Below, in pieces: positions 1 to 9,532 of a stretch of 64,000 nucleotides of DNA. How positions within the stretch are numbered: position 1 is the first letter of the stretch; the number at the start of each line of letters is the position of its first letter. The notes beneath the pieces are model-generated. The model searched no databases. It was given only the letters and a program-made list of their open reading frames with translations, and was not told where the DNA came from. The stretch comes from an uncultured Candidatus Saccharibacteria bacterium (GTDB lineage: Bacteria; Patescibacteriota; Minisyncoccia; Portnoybacterales; UBA2143), in the NCBI GenBank assembly GCA_964594155.1, contig CAZQLH010000002.1, positions 44,324 to 108,323 of the forward strand, written 5' to 3'. The translations under genes were made by a program, and so were the position numbers.

Positions 1-900
1 CCAAACACCGCCGCCGACAAAAATACATTTTTCAATTTTCTGGTTATACTTGCCTTGATAAGAATCAATTATTTTCCTTATTTCAATAACAATAGCTCCT
101 AAACTAGGCTGAATGCTTCCTTTTAGTTGAGGTGTAATTTCATTAGACAGTTGTTTGTCTGACAACTCTTTTTTTAACATTTCTGCCTTTTCTAAACTCA
201 AATCTACTTGTTGAGCAATAGCTTGAGTTATTTTTGCTCCTCCTATTTCCAAATTATGAGTTATTCGAATATACCCATCATCAATAATACTAACGCTAAT
301 AGAACGCGCGCCAGCGTCAATTAAAATAATAGCGCTTTTGTCATTGCCAACTAAAACACGGGCCAAGCTAAAAACTTCTTCTTCCATAGCTTTAAGATTT
401 AACCCTGCTAAAATGGCTATCTGTTTATAGTTATTAACGATTTTTTTAGGTACAGCAATAAGCAATGCTTGATACTCGGATTTTTTAACCGGTGAATCAA
501 CAATACTCCAATCCAAAACTACTTCAGATATAGGAATCGGAATATATTTCTTTGCCTCAAAAGGAATAGCCGCGGCAATTTCTTTTTCAGACATATTCGG
601 AAAATCAATCAGAGTTGAAAAACTAAAGCAAATAGGAATAGAAAAATAAGCATCCTTAGATTCAATCTTTGCTTCTTTAATGCTCTTCTTTATAATCCCG
701 GCTACTTCTTCATTAGAAATCTTAAGAGACCTTGAGCTAACCTTGTAATCATTTTTCTTAAGATACTCTTCTAAAGAAAAAATAGCGTAATTTTTCAATT
801 CGTATCTTTGGTCTTGTTTTTTCAATTCAACCAGCTTAACTGCTGAAGCGCCAATATCAACACCTAAAAAACTCTTTGGCTTTTTTTTAAATAAAAACAT
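1..900 (-). CDS. pilM: Type IV pilus assembly protein PilM (3' end outside window)
   Basis: Manual translation from ATG at 900: MFLFKKKPKSFLGVDIGASAVKLVEL..., an actin-like ATPase motif, with CIFVGGG at the window edge; absent from the ORF track because it is truncated. Confidence 0.85.
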   Translation of the reverse strand, partial: MFLFKKKPKSFLGVDIGASAVKLVELKKQDQRYELKNYAIFSLEEYLKKNDYKVSSRSLKISNEEVAGIIKKSIKEAKIESKDAYFSIPICFSFSTLIDFPNMSEKEIAAAIPFEAKKYIPIPISEVVLDWSIVDSPVKKSEYQALLIAVPKKIVNNYKQIAILAGLNLKAMEEEVFSLARVLVGNDKSAIILIDAGARSISVSIIDDGYIRITHNLEIGGAKITQAIAQQVDLSLEKAEMLKKELSDKQLSNEITPQLKGSIQPSLGAIVIEIRKIIDSYQGKYNQKIEKCIFVGGGVW

Positions 901-993
901 TGTCTTGTTTCAGTTAATATGATTATACCATATCTGAAAAAGCAAACCAATTAAAGATATCCACAATCTCTTATAATATGATAAAATATATTT

Positions 994-1641
994 ATGAAAA
1001 AATTTATCCTTGATTTGCTATTTCCTATTAGCTGTCTTGAATGCAACCAAGAAGGAAAATTTATCTGTTCTGCTTGTTTTGAAAAAATACCGCTTATTAA
1101 AAATCAACCAGTTAAAAATTTAATTATTACTAGCCATTATAATCATCCTTTAATTAAAAAAGCTGTTCATAGATATAAATATGACTTTGTTAAAAAATTA
1201 GCCAAGCCCCTTGGGCATTTAATGGTTAAAAAACTAAATCAACAAAATATTAAAAATCCTATTCTTATTCCTATTCCTCTTCATTTAAAACGTCTTAGAT
1301 GGCGCGGATTTAACCAGGCTGATCTTCTTGCCCGGCAAATCAGCAAAGAATTAAATATTCCTATAATCAATAATCTGCTCATCCGAACAAAACATACTTT
1401 GCCGCAGATGAAAATTAAAAATGCCAAAAAGAGAAAACAAAACATTAAACATGCCTTTGCTTTAAATTCAAGGAACGTCTTGAAAAATGATGTTCTTGGA
1501 ACAAGGACGTCATTTTCAGGACGTTCCTTTATTCTCATAGACGATATCTCCACAACCGGCGCCACCTTAAAAGAATGCGCTAAAGTATTAAAGCCATTAA
1601 AACCAAAAAAGATTTATGGATTAGTAATAGCTAAGGGGTGA
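994..1641 (+). CDS. comF: ComF family phosphoribosyltransferase-like competence protein
   Basis: N-terminal CxxC...CxxC zinc ribbon, RGFNQA motif, ILIDDISTTGAT PRTase motif. Confidence 0.92.
   Translation: MKKFILDLLFPISCLECNQEGKFICSACFEKIPLIKNQPVKNLIITSHYNHPLIKKAVHRYKYDFVKKLAKPLGHLMVKKLNQQNIKNPILIPIPLHLKRLRWRGFNQADLLARQISKELNIPIINNLLIRTKHTLPQMKIKNAKKRKQNIKHAFALNSRNVLKNDVLGTRTSFSGRSFILIDDISTTGATLKECAKVLKPLKPKKIYGLVIAKG
1470..1529. repeat. REP-like inverted repeat in frame inside comF
   Basis: AAGGAACGTCTTGAAAAATGATGTTCTTG (1470-1498) pairs with CAAGGACGTCATTTTCAGGACGTTCCTT (1502-1529). Confidence 0.75.
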
Positions 1642-1702
1642 TAATAAAAAACTGTCTATTAGTTAGACAGTTTTCTAATTCTTTAAGAAATGATATTTAA
1701 AA

Positions 1703-2377
1703 TTAGTCAATGAATTTGAAACTTTGAACCATGTTATTAAAAACATCAAAATTACAACGATCTTTAATATGATCGCGACACCTGATTACATATAAATTAT
1801 CAGACTTATTTGCAGTAATAATATTATCAACATGCCAATATTCTTTATTATCTATTTTCCATTTATGCTCTATTTTATAATAAGTTGCTTTTTCATTTCC
1901 TAATAACATCCATGATTCTGTTTTTGTATTTGGAGCGTTTATTTGCATAATTCCATTAATATATTCGTCATCATTCATATCTTCAATAAAAAATATATCA
2001 ATTGAATATGTATCTTCTGATGTTTTGTCTTGCGGAAGAAAAGCAAAAGAATGATATTTAGGATTTATATCATCTTTTTTTGTAAATTTCCATGTTTCTG
2101 GATACCTCACCTCAAATTCATACTCTTCATTTCTATAGGTCTGCCAAAGAATTGTTTTGTCAGTTATCTGTTGTTGATTAACTTGTTGTTGGTTGTTTGG
2201 TTGTTCTTCTGGTTCAGAATAATAATATTGATAAGTAATATAACCTCCTGCGCCAACAACAACTATAATTAAAACTGCGATTAAAATAATATCCCAGGCA
2301 GGCAAATGAAATTTTTTTGGAATGTTTGGCTGTTGTGATTGATTTTCTAATTGATCCATATATTTATATTTTATCAT
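1703..2377 (-). CDS. Membrane-anchored hypothetical protein, PsbP-like C-terminal domain
   Basis: One TM helix, Q/N-rich linker, WQTYRNEEYEFEVRYP motif typical of CPR surface proteins. Confidence 0.6.
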   Translation of the reverse strand: MIKYKYMDQLENQSQQPNIPKKFHLPAWDIILIAVLIIVVVGAGGYITYQYYYSEPEEQPNNQQQVNQQQITDKTILWQTYRNEEYEFEVRYPETWKFTKKDDINPKYHSFAFLPQDKTSEDTYSIDIFFIEDMNDDEYINGIMQINAPNTKTESWMLLGNEKATYYKIEHKWKIDNKEYWHVDNIITANKSDNLYVIRCRDHIKDRCNFDVFNNMVQSFKFID

Positions 2378-2472
2378 GATTAATTAAAATAGTATATGTG
2401 GATAAATTAAAAATCTAATCTAAAACAACACTTGAAGAAACGATTAAAATAAGGTATTGTAAAAATAGCTTT

Positions 2473-2557
2473 GGAAGAGTCGGATAACGGTATTCCAGCA
2501 GCTTGCTAAGCTGTCGCCCTTTTGGGCTTGCGGGTTCGAATCCCGCCTCTTCCGCCA
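2473..2557 (+). tRNA. tRNA-Ser(GCT)
   Basis: GGAAGAG/CTCTTCC acceptor, GCAGC-TTGCTAA-GCTGT anticodon arm, long variable arm, TTCGAAT, CCA. Confidence 0.95.
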
Positions 2558-2558
2558 G

Positions 2559-2999
2559 ATGACTATTCAAAATACAATAAATAAAGTATTGCCTATTTTT
2601 AACTCTTATCCAGAAATAAAACTGGTTTATTTTTTTGGTTCAAAAATAACAAATAAAACAGGGTCATTGAGCGATTATGACTTTGCTGTCTATTTAGATA
2701 AAAAAAATAAAAAAAAGCTATTTGAAATTAAAATAAAATTATTAAATCAAATAAGCGATGTTTTAAAAACTGATAAAGTTGATATTGTTATTCTAAACAC
2801 AGTTGAACAACCAGAATTAAAATACAATATAATCAAACAAGGAAAATTAATTCTTGAAAAAGAACCTTTTAAAATTTTAATTGAACCAAAAATCCTAAAT
2901 GAATATTTTGATTTTCGAACTCTACTTTTAAAATATAATTTAACAAAACCTATATATGGAGAGGTTAGATTACGCAGCGAATCTCTCTTTCTTTATTAA
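2559..2999 (+). CDS. MNT-type minimal nucleotidyltransferase (MntA-like antitoxin); no adjacent HEPN gene
   Basis: YFFGS...SDYDFAV motif, VDIVILN. Confidence 0.85.
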   Translation: MTIQNTINKVLPIFNSYPEIKLVYFFGSKITNKTGSLSDYDFAVYLDKKNKKKLFEIKIKLLNQISDVLKTDKVDIVILNTVEQPELKYNIIKQGKLILEKEPFKILIEPKILNEYFDFRTLLLKYNLTKPIYGEVRLRSESLFLY

Positions 3000-3036
3000 T
3001 TTTCATATTAAAACTTTTTTAATTTATAATAAAAAA

Positions 3037-3921
3037 ATGTCTAGCCTAATAATTAAGAATAATAAAATTATTTGTGCCATCCCGCTTACAGGCGCTACAA
3101 GCAAAATCAGAGTAAAAAAACGTATTAATAATTTTGGAAACCCAGTTTCAGTAAAAAAGAATCCTTTTACTGATGATTTTTATATTGAATGGCAGATATC
3201 TTATTTTCTTCCTTTTGATAAAATTTGGGATAATTATAGAAAGGCAAAAAATAAAAAAGTAAGACTAAAAATTATTAATGATCTTTCTTTAAATTATAAA
3301 AACAAGAATGTTGTTTCTGCTTTAAAAAATTTTATACAAAATAATAAGATAAATAGCAAAAAAGAGTTTAAAAATAAATTAGAAAATATCTTTAAAAAAC
3401 ATAATGAAACAATAATAAAAAAAGAACATAAAAACGATAATATTTATGTTCGTTATGAGTTAGCTGATATGTTCAAATTTGCTCTAGAAAATAATTTAAT
3501 AAACAAAAAAGAAATTAAGAGTTTAATAGGTTTTAATCAAGATAAAACTCTTGATATTGAAAAGCAATATAAAATTATCAGAACATCTGTTAATAAAAAG
3601 ATTTATAATAAATTTGAGTATTATGAAGAAAAGACACCATTATTTATAAATAAAATAAATGAAAATAATTTTGTAGAGATTATCTTAGAACATAAACAAC
3701 GTGCTGTTGGATATCAAAGTATGATTTATTTTTGCTCTTATATTAAAAATTTATTTGATGATAAAGAACAGTCGATTATTGGCAGAACAGCTAAATCTAA
3801 TGAGATTATATACCTACCCATAGGAAAAGAAGATCTAGTTAATATTGCTGAAAGTTTTATGGTTGCCTCTCAAGATCATCTTTGGGATATGAAAAAAATA
3901 TTAAATGATATTATTAAATAA
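3037..3921 (+). CDS. R.PabI-family (HALFPIPE) restriction enzyme / DNA glycosylase
   Basis: IPLT..SKIRVK, YIEWQISY, YELAD and KQRAVGYQSMIY motifs as recalled for the PabI family; start moved to ATG 3037, just after TATAAT at 3025-3030. Confidence 0.75.
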   Translation: MSSLIIKNNKIICAIPLTGATSKIRVKKRINNFGNPVSVKKNPFTDDFYIEWQISYFLPFDKIWDNYRKAKNKKVRLKIINDLSLNYKNKNVVSALKNFIQNNKINSKKEFKNKLENIFKKHNETIIKKEHKNDNIYVRYELADMFKFALENNLINKKEIKSLIGFNQDKTLDIEKQYKIIRTSVNKKIYNKFEYYEEKTPLFINKINENNFVEIILEHKQRAVGYQSMIYFCSYIKNLFDDKEQSIIGRTAKSNEIIYLPIGKEDLVNIAESFMVASQDHLWDMKKILNDIIK

Positions 3922-5044
3922 TAACTTTAAAGTTATAAATATCCTCTTTTTTAATTGATTTACTGCCTACTCGGCAAGTGATATTTCTAAAATAATCAAT
4001 TCTTTCGTTAATTTGTTTACAGATAATTTCTTTTATCTGTTTATTTTTTTTATATTGATCTTGGACATCAAAAACGTAAAACATATCATTTAGAATATCT
4101 TCCCTTGCATTAACTAAACCACATTTTCCTACGCTTGCATTTCCCACTCGAACTACTGCAATTTTATAATCCTCAATTGTTTTGCCTAATGGAATTTTGT
4201 TTTTTGCAAGAATATTTTTAGCTGAAATATTGTTTTCTTTGTATGATTTTTGGACTTTTATGTTTTTACTTTCAAAATATTTATTTAACGGAACGCCTTT
4301 ATCATTTTCAACATATCCATTATTTTTATGAAAAATTACTTGTGGAATTAATTCTTCATTAAATTTATCTATATTAAATACTTCCTCATTCTTAATGCTG
4401 TTTTCGTATATTATAATTATTTTATCTTTTAATTTTTCGATATTAGCAAATATAGCAAAGCAACAAGGTATATTTCTATCAAACCAAATTTTATCATTTT
4501 GATAAACAATAATTGATGAAAAATATTTTAAAATTTCAATTTTAATATTTTTATTTTTATTTTTTATGAAGAAAGAAATAGGCAAAACAAAACCAATGGA
4601 AGAATTTTCATTTTTTAAATGCTTTAATGATTTTAATATAAAAGCATTTTCAATTTTTTCTTTTTCTTTTTTCATTTCTATCTTTGTTAAATAATCAATT
4701 AGCGAGACTTCTGATTTTAAATAATTTTTTGGAAAAAAATAACTTTCTTTTAGATTATACTTGCTAAACGGAGGGTTGCCCACAATAAAATCATATTTAT
4801 TTTGGACTGATAGATTAAAAAAATCAGATGGTTTTTTTGTTAATTCTGGGTCTATTTCACAATCATTAGTATTTTTAAATCCTTTTTCTTTTAAAACTCT
4901 AACAAAATTACCTGTTCCAGATGAAGGTTCTAATATTTTTATATTTTCATTGTATTTTTTATAACTAAATAATAAATCTAATAGTTTTTTAACTATTTCG
5001 ATTTTCGTAAAATATTGACCTAAAATTTCTTGTTTATTTATCAT
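3914..5044 (-). CDS. N6-adenine DNA methyltransferase (gamma-type motif order)
   Basis: GQYFT, ILEPSSGTGNF (motif I), then VGNPPF (motif IV). Confidence 0.88.
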   Translation of the reverse strand: MINKQEILGQYFTKIEIVKKLLDLLFSYKKYNENIKILEPSSGTGNFVRVLKEKGFKNTNDCEIDPELTKKPSDFFNLSVQNKYDFIVGNPPFSKYNLKESYFFPKNYLKSEVSLIDYLTKIEMKKEKEKIENAFILKSLKHLKNENSSIGFVLPISFFIKNKNKNIKIEILKYFSSIIVYQNDKIWFDRNIPCCFAIFANIEKLKDKIIIIYENSIKNEEVFNIDKFNEELIPQVIFHKNNGYVENDKGVPLNKYFESKNIKVQKSYKENNISAKNILAKNKIPLGKTIEDYKIAVVRVGNASVGKCGLVNAREDILNDMFYVFDVQDQYKKNKQIKEIICKQINERIDYFRNITCRVGSKSIKKEDIYNFKVII

Positions 5045-5046
5045 AA

Positions 5047-5685
5047 TTAAAACTTTTTTAGTCTGTTAATAGCTAACTCACAATATTTTGGATCAATTTC
5101 AAATCCTATATAATTTCTTTTTAATTGTTTGCAAGCAACTGCCGTGCTCCCGCTTCCGATAAAGGGATCTAAAATAACATCATTTTCTTTTGAAAACATC
5201 ATCAAAATTTCTTTGATAAAAGTTTTAGGCTTAGGTGTGGGGTGATTGATAAAGCCTTCATCTGGCTCTACCATTTTTCCTGGAGTATCTATAAAAATAT
5301 CTTTACCTCTCTTAGTCATTTTTGGATTGCCCTTTTTAAACACCATACAAGACATATATTTTGTAAATCCTATTGGCGATATTACTCTTCCATTGGGACA
5401 GAATAAAACGAAGTTCCAAAAATATTGAAATGGATTATTTTTAAAAATATCTGGCAAAAATTTTGTACTGAAAAAAGTTATTAAAAATGCATCATTTTTC
5501 AAAACTTTATAACTTTCAGGCAATATTGAATAAAATAAATTTAAATTATGATCATTTTTGATGCCCGTTTTATTTAAACCATAAGGAGGATCTGTAAAAA
5601 TTAAATCAATAGAATTATCTGGCAAGGATTTTAATCCCTCAAGGCAGTCTATATTCTGAATTGTATTAACCCAATTTTTTGCCAT
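5047..5685 (-). CDS. Beta-class N4/N6 DNA methyltransferase
   Basis: TDPPY precedes HPTPKP and ILDPFIGSGST. Confidence 0.9.
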   Translation of the reverse strand: MAKNWVNTIQNIDCLEGLKSLPDNSIDLIFTDPPYGLNKTGIKNDHNLNLFYSILPESYKVLKNDAFLITFFSTKFLPDIFKNNPFQYFWNFVLFCPNGRVISPIGFTKYMSCMVFKKGNPKMTKRGKDIFIDTPGKMVEPDEGFINHPTPKPKTFIKEILMMFSKENDVILDPFIGSGSTAVACKQLKRNYIGFEIDPKYCELAINRLKKF

Positions 5686-5890
5686 GTTTTTTAGTTTTTA
5701 AGATTTTTATTAAATCTTCACCCTTAAATCTCCTCAGACCATTAAATTTAATTGAAGGTATTTTATTCTCGGCAATATATCTTTTAATAGTGACTGGCGA
5801 AACCTTTAAAATTTCAGCCACTTCTTCAGTAGTATAAATTTGATTTTTATCCACAGTCATAGTAATATTGAAAGTATCAATTAGTATCAT
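5666..5890 (-). CDS. Excisionase-like HTH DNA-binding protein (probable regulator of the MTase operon)
   Basis: YTTEEVAEILKVSPVTIKRYI pattern; overlaps the MTase start. Confidence 0.8.
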   Translation of the reverse strand: MILIDTFNITMTVDKNQIYTTEEVAEILKVSPVTIKRYIAENKIPSIKFNGLRRFKGEDLIKILKTKKHGKKLG

Positions 5891-5943
5891 ATTTAGTATA
5901 ACATATCTTATGTCAAAAGGGAAAAGAAAAACTGATTTTAAAT

Positions 5944-6447
5944 ATGGATAAAGAAATACAACAACTAATCCAGATTACAAACAAAACCTTTGGTTCTGAA
6001 AAACAAGCGTATGCTTATTTAAAAAACTTGGTTTCAAGATATAACAAGAAACTATTTAATAACATCTTGCCGCCAGTTCAAATAAGTATAGTTCCAAAAA
6101 TAGAACCTATCTATAATTTTGGAGGTGCGCAATATAAATCGTGGCATCGTATACCTCAGATTTTTTTACATGTAGAAGCAATAAACTCAAAAGAAAAAGT
6201 CAATATTATAGTAGTACATGAATTGATACATCACTGGGAATATAATGTTAAAACAGATAAGGATTCTGCTATATATCCACAAAAGATAGATGACCTAATA
6301 AAATCTTCTTATTCTAACAAACAGGAAAGAATATGGCGCGCAGGCCACTCAAAACATTTTATTGCAAAAAGTTACGAAATCTCTTCTAATCTTAATGTAG
6401 ATATTGGCCAGCTACTTTCTGGTCAAATGAAAAGAAAAAATAATTAA
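5944..6447 (+). CDS. SprT-like zinc metallopeptidase domain protein
   Basis: YNKKLFNNIL, HELIH (HExxH) and downstream GHSKHF. Confidence 0.7.
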   Translation: MDKEIQQLIQITNKTFGSEKQAYAYLKNLVSRYNKKLFNNILPPVQISIVPKIEPIYNFGGAQYKSWHRIPQIFLHVEAINSKEKVNIIVVHELIHHWEYNVKTDKDSAIYPQKIDDLIKSSYSNKQERIWRAGHSKHFIAKSYEISSNLNVDIGQLLSGQMKRKNN

Positions 6448-6595
6448 TAGACCTTAATTTAAAACTTAGGAATTTCAAACCAGCTCGGATTTTTTCTGTA
6501 TAATTTGCATAATTCGCAGATTTTTGGTTTAATATAAGGTAACAGAAAGTTCTAACTTTTGGAAATCCACACCGCCAGTAAAAATATAAAATAAT

Positions 6596-6683
6596 GGAGA
6601 GGTGCCGGAGTCTGGTTGAACGGGATAGTCTTGAAAACTATTGTTGTCTTTGACAACCGTGGGTTCGAATCCCACCCTCTCCG
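6596..6683 (+). tRNA. tRNA-Ser(TGA)
   Basis: GGAGAGG/CCTCTCC, ATAGT-CTTGAAA-ACTAT, long variable arm. Confidence 0.95.
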
Positions 6684-6688
6684 CCTTT

Positions 6689-6756
6689 GCCTCGCCGAAG
6701 CTCTGCTTTGCAGAGCGAAGGCGGGCTTTGCCCGCTTTTCGGCTCAGCTTCGGCGT
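6689..6756. repeat. GC-rich REP-like nested palindrome after tRNA-Ser
   Basis: CGCCGAAGCT...AGCTTCGGCG outer stem enclosing GCTCTGC/GCAGAGC and GCGGGC/GCCCGC hairpins. Confidence 0.6.
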
Positions 6757-6773
6757 GATAAATCCGCTATATT

Positions 6774-7238
6774 ATGTCAAAAAATCAAATTAAATGGTCA
6801 GCTCCTGAATTTGAATATTATAATAAAGAAAAATCCTGGTTTGTAATCACTGGCATATTTGCCATCATATTATTTCTATGGGCTTTGTTCACTAAAAACA
6901 TCCTTTTTGTCTTATTAATCGGATTAGGATACTTTTCAATAGTTGCTTTTGGCCTTAAAAAACCAAGGGATATAAAATTGGCTATTACTCCTAAAGGAGT
7001 TCAGATTGAAAAAACTGTTTATCCTTTTGATAATTTAAAATCCTTTTGGATTTTTTATGATCCAGACGGGCCAAAAGAAATCAGCTTGCGGAGCAAAAAA
7101 ACAGTTATACCATATATTAAAATACCCTTAGGCAGCCAAAACCCGGCTGAAATCAGAAAAATCTTAATCAAATACTTGCCTGAAAGAAAACATGCTGAAT
7201 CTTTAATTGATAATTTATCCAGAAGCTTAAAATTTTAA
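6774..7238 (+). CDS. Hypothetical membrane protein (2 TM helices plus small soluble domain)
   Basis: WSAPEF N-terminus, two hydrophobic helices, KSFWI motif. Confidence 0.7.
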   Translation: MSKNQIKWSAPEFEYYNKEKSWFVITGIFAIILFLWALFTKNILFVLLIGLGYFSIVAFGLKKPRDIKLAITPKGVQIEKTVYPFDNLKSFWIFYDPDGPKEISLRSKKTVIPYIKIPLGSQNPAEIRKILIKYLPERKHAESLIDNLSRSLKF

Positions 7239-7240
7239 AT

Positions 7241-7314
7241 GTCCTCGTAGCTCAGTTGGATAGAGCGCTTCCTTGCGGAGGAAGAGGCCGCAGGTTCGAA
7301 TCCTGCCGAGGATG
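7241..7314 (+). tRNA. tRNA-Arg(GCG)
   Basis: GTCCTCG/CGAGGAT, CTTCC-TTGCGGA-GGAAG. Confidence 0.93.
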
Positions 7315-7315
7315 C

Positions 7316-9346
7316 ATGTTGTCTTTAAATACTAAAATTAAAAATATTAAAAAAGTAGGTCCTGCTTATTTGAAAAAGCTTCATAAGCTTAACATCAAAA
7401 ACATCCAGGACCTATTTTTTCATTTCCCCCATAGATATGATGATTTTAGCAAGACAGTTTTAATTAGCAATCTTAAACAAGGACAAATAGCAACTATTCA
7501 AGCAAAAGTTAATGAAATAAAGAACACTCGGATTCCTTATAAAAAAATGGTTTTAACTGAAGCTTTGGTTAAAGATAAAAGCGGCACCATTAAAATTGTC
7601 TGGTTTAACCAGCCATATTTAATTGATACTCTTAAAAAAGGCAAAACAGCTAATTTTTCCGGCAAATTGACTTTTTCTAAAAAAACTCTTTGTCTTTCTA
7701 ATCCGGTTTACGAGATTGCTAATAGAAAAAAAGATGCAACTCATACCGGCAGATTAGTTCCAGTATATCACGAAACAGCCGGCTTATCTTCCCGCTATCT
7801 CCGTTATTTAATCAAACCCTTATTATTCCTAACTGATAAAATAACTGACTTTCTGCCTGAACAAATTAAGAAAGAATTCAACCTGTTTAACCTTAATCAA
7901 GCTATCAAGCAAATTCATTTTCCAGACAACGCTGTTTCAGCTCAAAAGGCTCGCCAGCGATTGGCTTTTGATGAGTTTTTTTTAATCCAATTAAGCGCGC
8001 TTAAACAAAAACAAAAACTAGCTCAAGAAAAAGCGCCTGATATTCCTTTTGATCAAAAACTAATTAAAGCTTTTGTCAAAAGCCTGCCTTTTAAATTAAC
8101 TAATGATCAAAGAATAACTGCCTGGGAAATTCTTCAAGACATTAATCAGGATAAACCCATGAATCGATTGCTTAATGGCGATGTTGGATCAGGCAAAACC
8201 ATTGTTGCCATTATATCTGCCCTGGAAACTGCTAAAACCGGGTATCAAGCTGCTTTAATGGCGCCAACTGAAATACTGGCTAAGCAGCATTTTGAAACTT
8301 TTAAGAAATTCCTTAAAAAATCTAATTTAAAAATCGCCTTATTAACCAGCTCTGAAGTTAGATTAACTAAAAAAACAACCCGGGCCAAATTAAAAAAGCA
8401 AATCTCTGACGGAAAAATAGACATTATTATAGGCACTCATTCATTAATTCAGGAAGATTTATCTTTTAATAATTTAGCCTTGGCTATTATTGATGAACAA
8501 CATCGTTTTGGCGTTGCTCAACGAGCTGCTTTGCAAAGAAAGATTTATCAAATAAAAGACGGATTGTCAACAATACCGCATCTGCTTTCAATGACAGCCA
8601 CTCCTATTCCCAGAACTTTGGCTTTAACTCTTTATGGCGACTTGGATATTTCTTTAATTAAAAAAATGCCCCGAGGCAGAAAAAAAATAATCACTAAAAT
8701 CATTACTCCGGATGACCGGCAAAAAACCTATGATTTTATCAAAAACCAGATTAAACAAAAAAAACAGGTCTTTGTTATTTGCCCGCTAATTGATGAATCG
8801 GATAAATTAGCGGTCAAATCTGTAACTCAAGAATACAAAAAGCTTTCTCAAGAAATATTTCCTCAATTAAGAATCAACATGCTTCATGGCAAGCTTAAAC
8901 CAAAAGAAAAAGAAAACATTATGAAAGATTTCCAAAAAAGAAAAACAGATATTTTGATTTCTACTTCAGTGGTTGAAGTCGGCGTTGATATTCCCAATGC
9001 CACAGTAATGATGATTGAAGGAGCTGACCGATTTGGCTTGGCTCAGCTTCATCAATTCCGAGGCAGAATTGGCCGAAGCAGCGATCAATCCTATTGTTTT
9101 CTTTTTGCTGATTCTCCAGCGAAAAAAACAAATCAGCGGCTCAAAGCCATTGTTATTAACCAAGACGGCTTTGAATTAGCTGAAAAAGATTTAAAAATCA
9201 GAGGAGCTGGCGATTTCTTGGGAACCCGCCAATGGGGATTTCCTGATTTAATTATGGCTTCTTTAAATGATATTGATTTAATCAAACAAGCTCGTCAGGC
9301 AGCCAGCATTGTTTTAGAAAAAAACTTAATTAATCAAAATCTTTAG
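7316..9346 (+). CDS. recG: ATP-dependent DNA helicase RecG
   Basis: GDVGSGKT, DEQHRFG, MTATPIPR, QFRGRIGR; start corrected to ATG 7316 because the ORF-track extension overlaps the tRNA. Confidence 0.97.
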   Translation: MLSLNTKIKNIKKVGPAYLKKLHKLNIKNIQDLFFHFPHRYDDFSKTVLISNLKQGQIATIQAKVNEIKNTRIPYKKMVLTEALVKDKSGTIKIVWFNQPYLIDTLKKGKTANFSGKLTFSKKTLCLSNPVYEIANRKKDATHTGRLVPVYHETAGLSSRYLRYLIKPLLFLTDKITDFLPEQIKKEFNLFNLNQAIKQIHFPDNAVSAQKARQRLAFDEFFLIQLSALKQKQKLAQEKAPDIPFDQKLIKAFVKSLPFKLTNDQRITAWEILQDINQDKPMNRLLNGDVGSGKTIVAIISALETAKTGYQAALMAPTEILAKQHFETFKKFLKKSNLKIALLTSSEVRLTKKTTRAKLKKQISDGKIDIIIGTHSLIQEDLSFNNLALAIIDEQHRFGVAQRAALQRKIYQIKDGLSTIPHLLSMTATPIPRTLALTLYGDLDISLIKKMPRGRKKIITKIITPDDRQKTYDFIKNQIKQKKQVFVICPLIDESDKLAVKSVTQEYKKLSQEIFPQLRINMLHGKLKPKEKENIMKDFQKRKTDILISTSVVEVGVDIPNATVMMIEGADRFGLAQLHQFRGRIGRSSDQSYCFLFADSPAKKTNQRLKAIVINQDGFELAEKDLKIRGAGDFLGTRQWGFPDLIMASLNDIDLIKQARQAASIVLEKNLINQNL

Positions 9347-9349
9347 AAT

Positions 9350-9454
9350 AAGGTCCGACCTTAAAATGCCTAACCTTACCCAACGATAATTATAGATATT
9401 TGCTAATTAAAAGAGATTTAGATGGAAAGGTTAGGCATTTTAAGGTCGGACCTT
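9350..9454. repeat. 28-bp perfect inverted repeat capped by AAGGTCCGACCTT palindromes (REPIN/MITE-like)
   Basis: 9350-9377 is the exact reverse complement of 9427-9454; the 13-mer recurs at 17839-17851. Confidence 0.85.
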
Positions 9455-9463
9455 GGCTTAGGG

Positions 9464-9492
9464 TTGACAAAAGTAAACTATTAAGTTAATCT
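9464..9492 (+). promoter_or_regulatory. Sigma70-type promoter for the DksA-like pair
   Basis: TTGACA-17 bp-TAATCT. Confidence 0.6.
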
Positions 9493-9532
9493 GTAATTAG
9501 ATTTTATCACTTTAAAAATTAAATAGAAGGAG

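Noticed and set aside
6561-6577. GGAAATCCACACCGCCA as an attR copy of the tRNA-Ser(GCT) 3' end
   Set aside because: Only CCGCCA matches exactly; too weak to call
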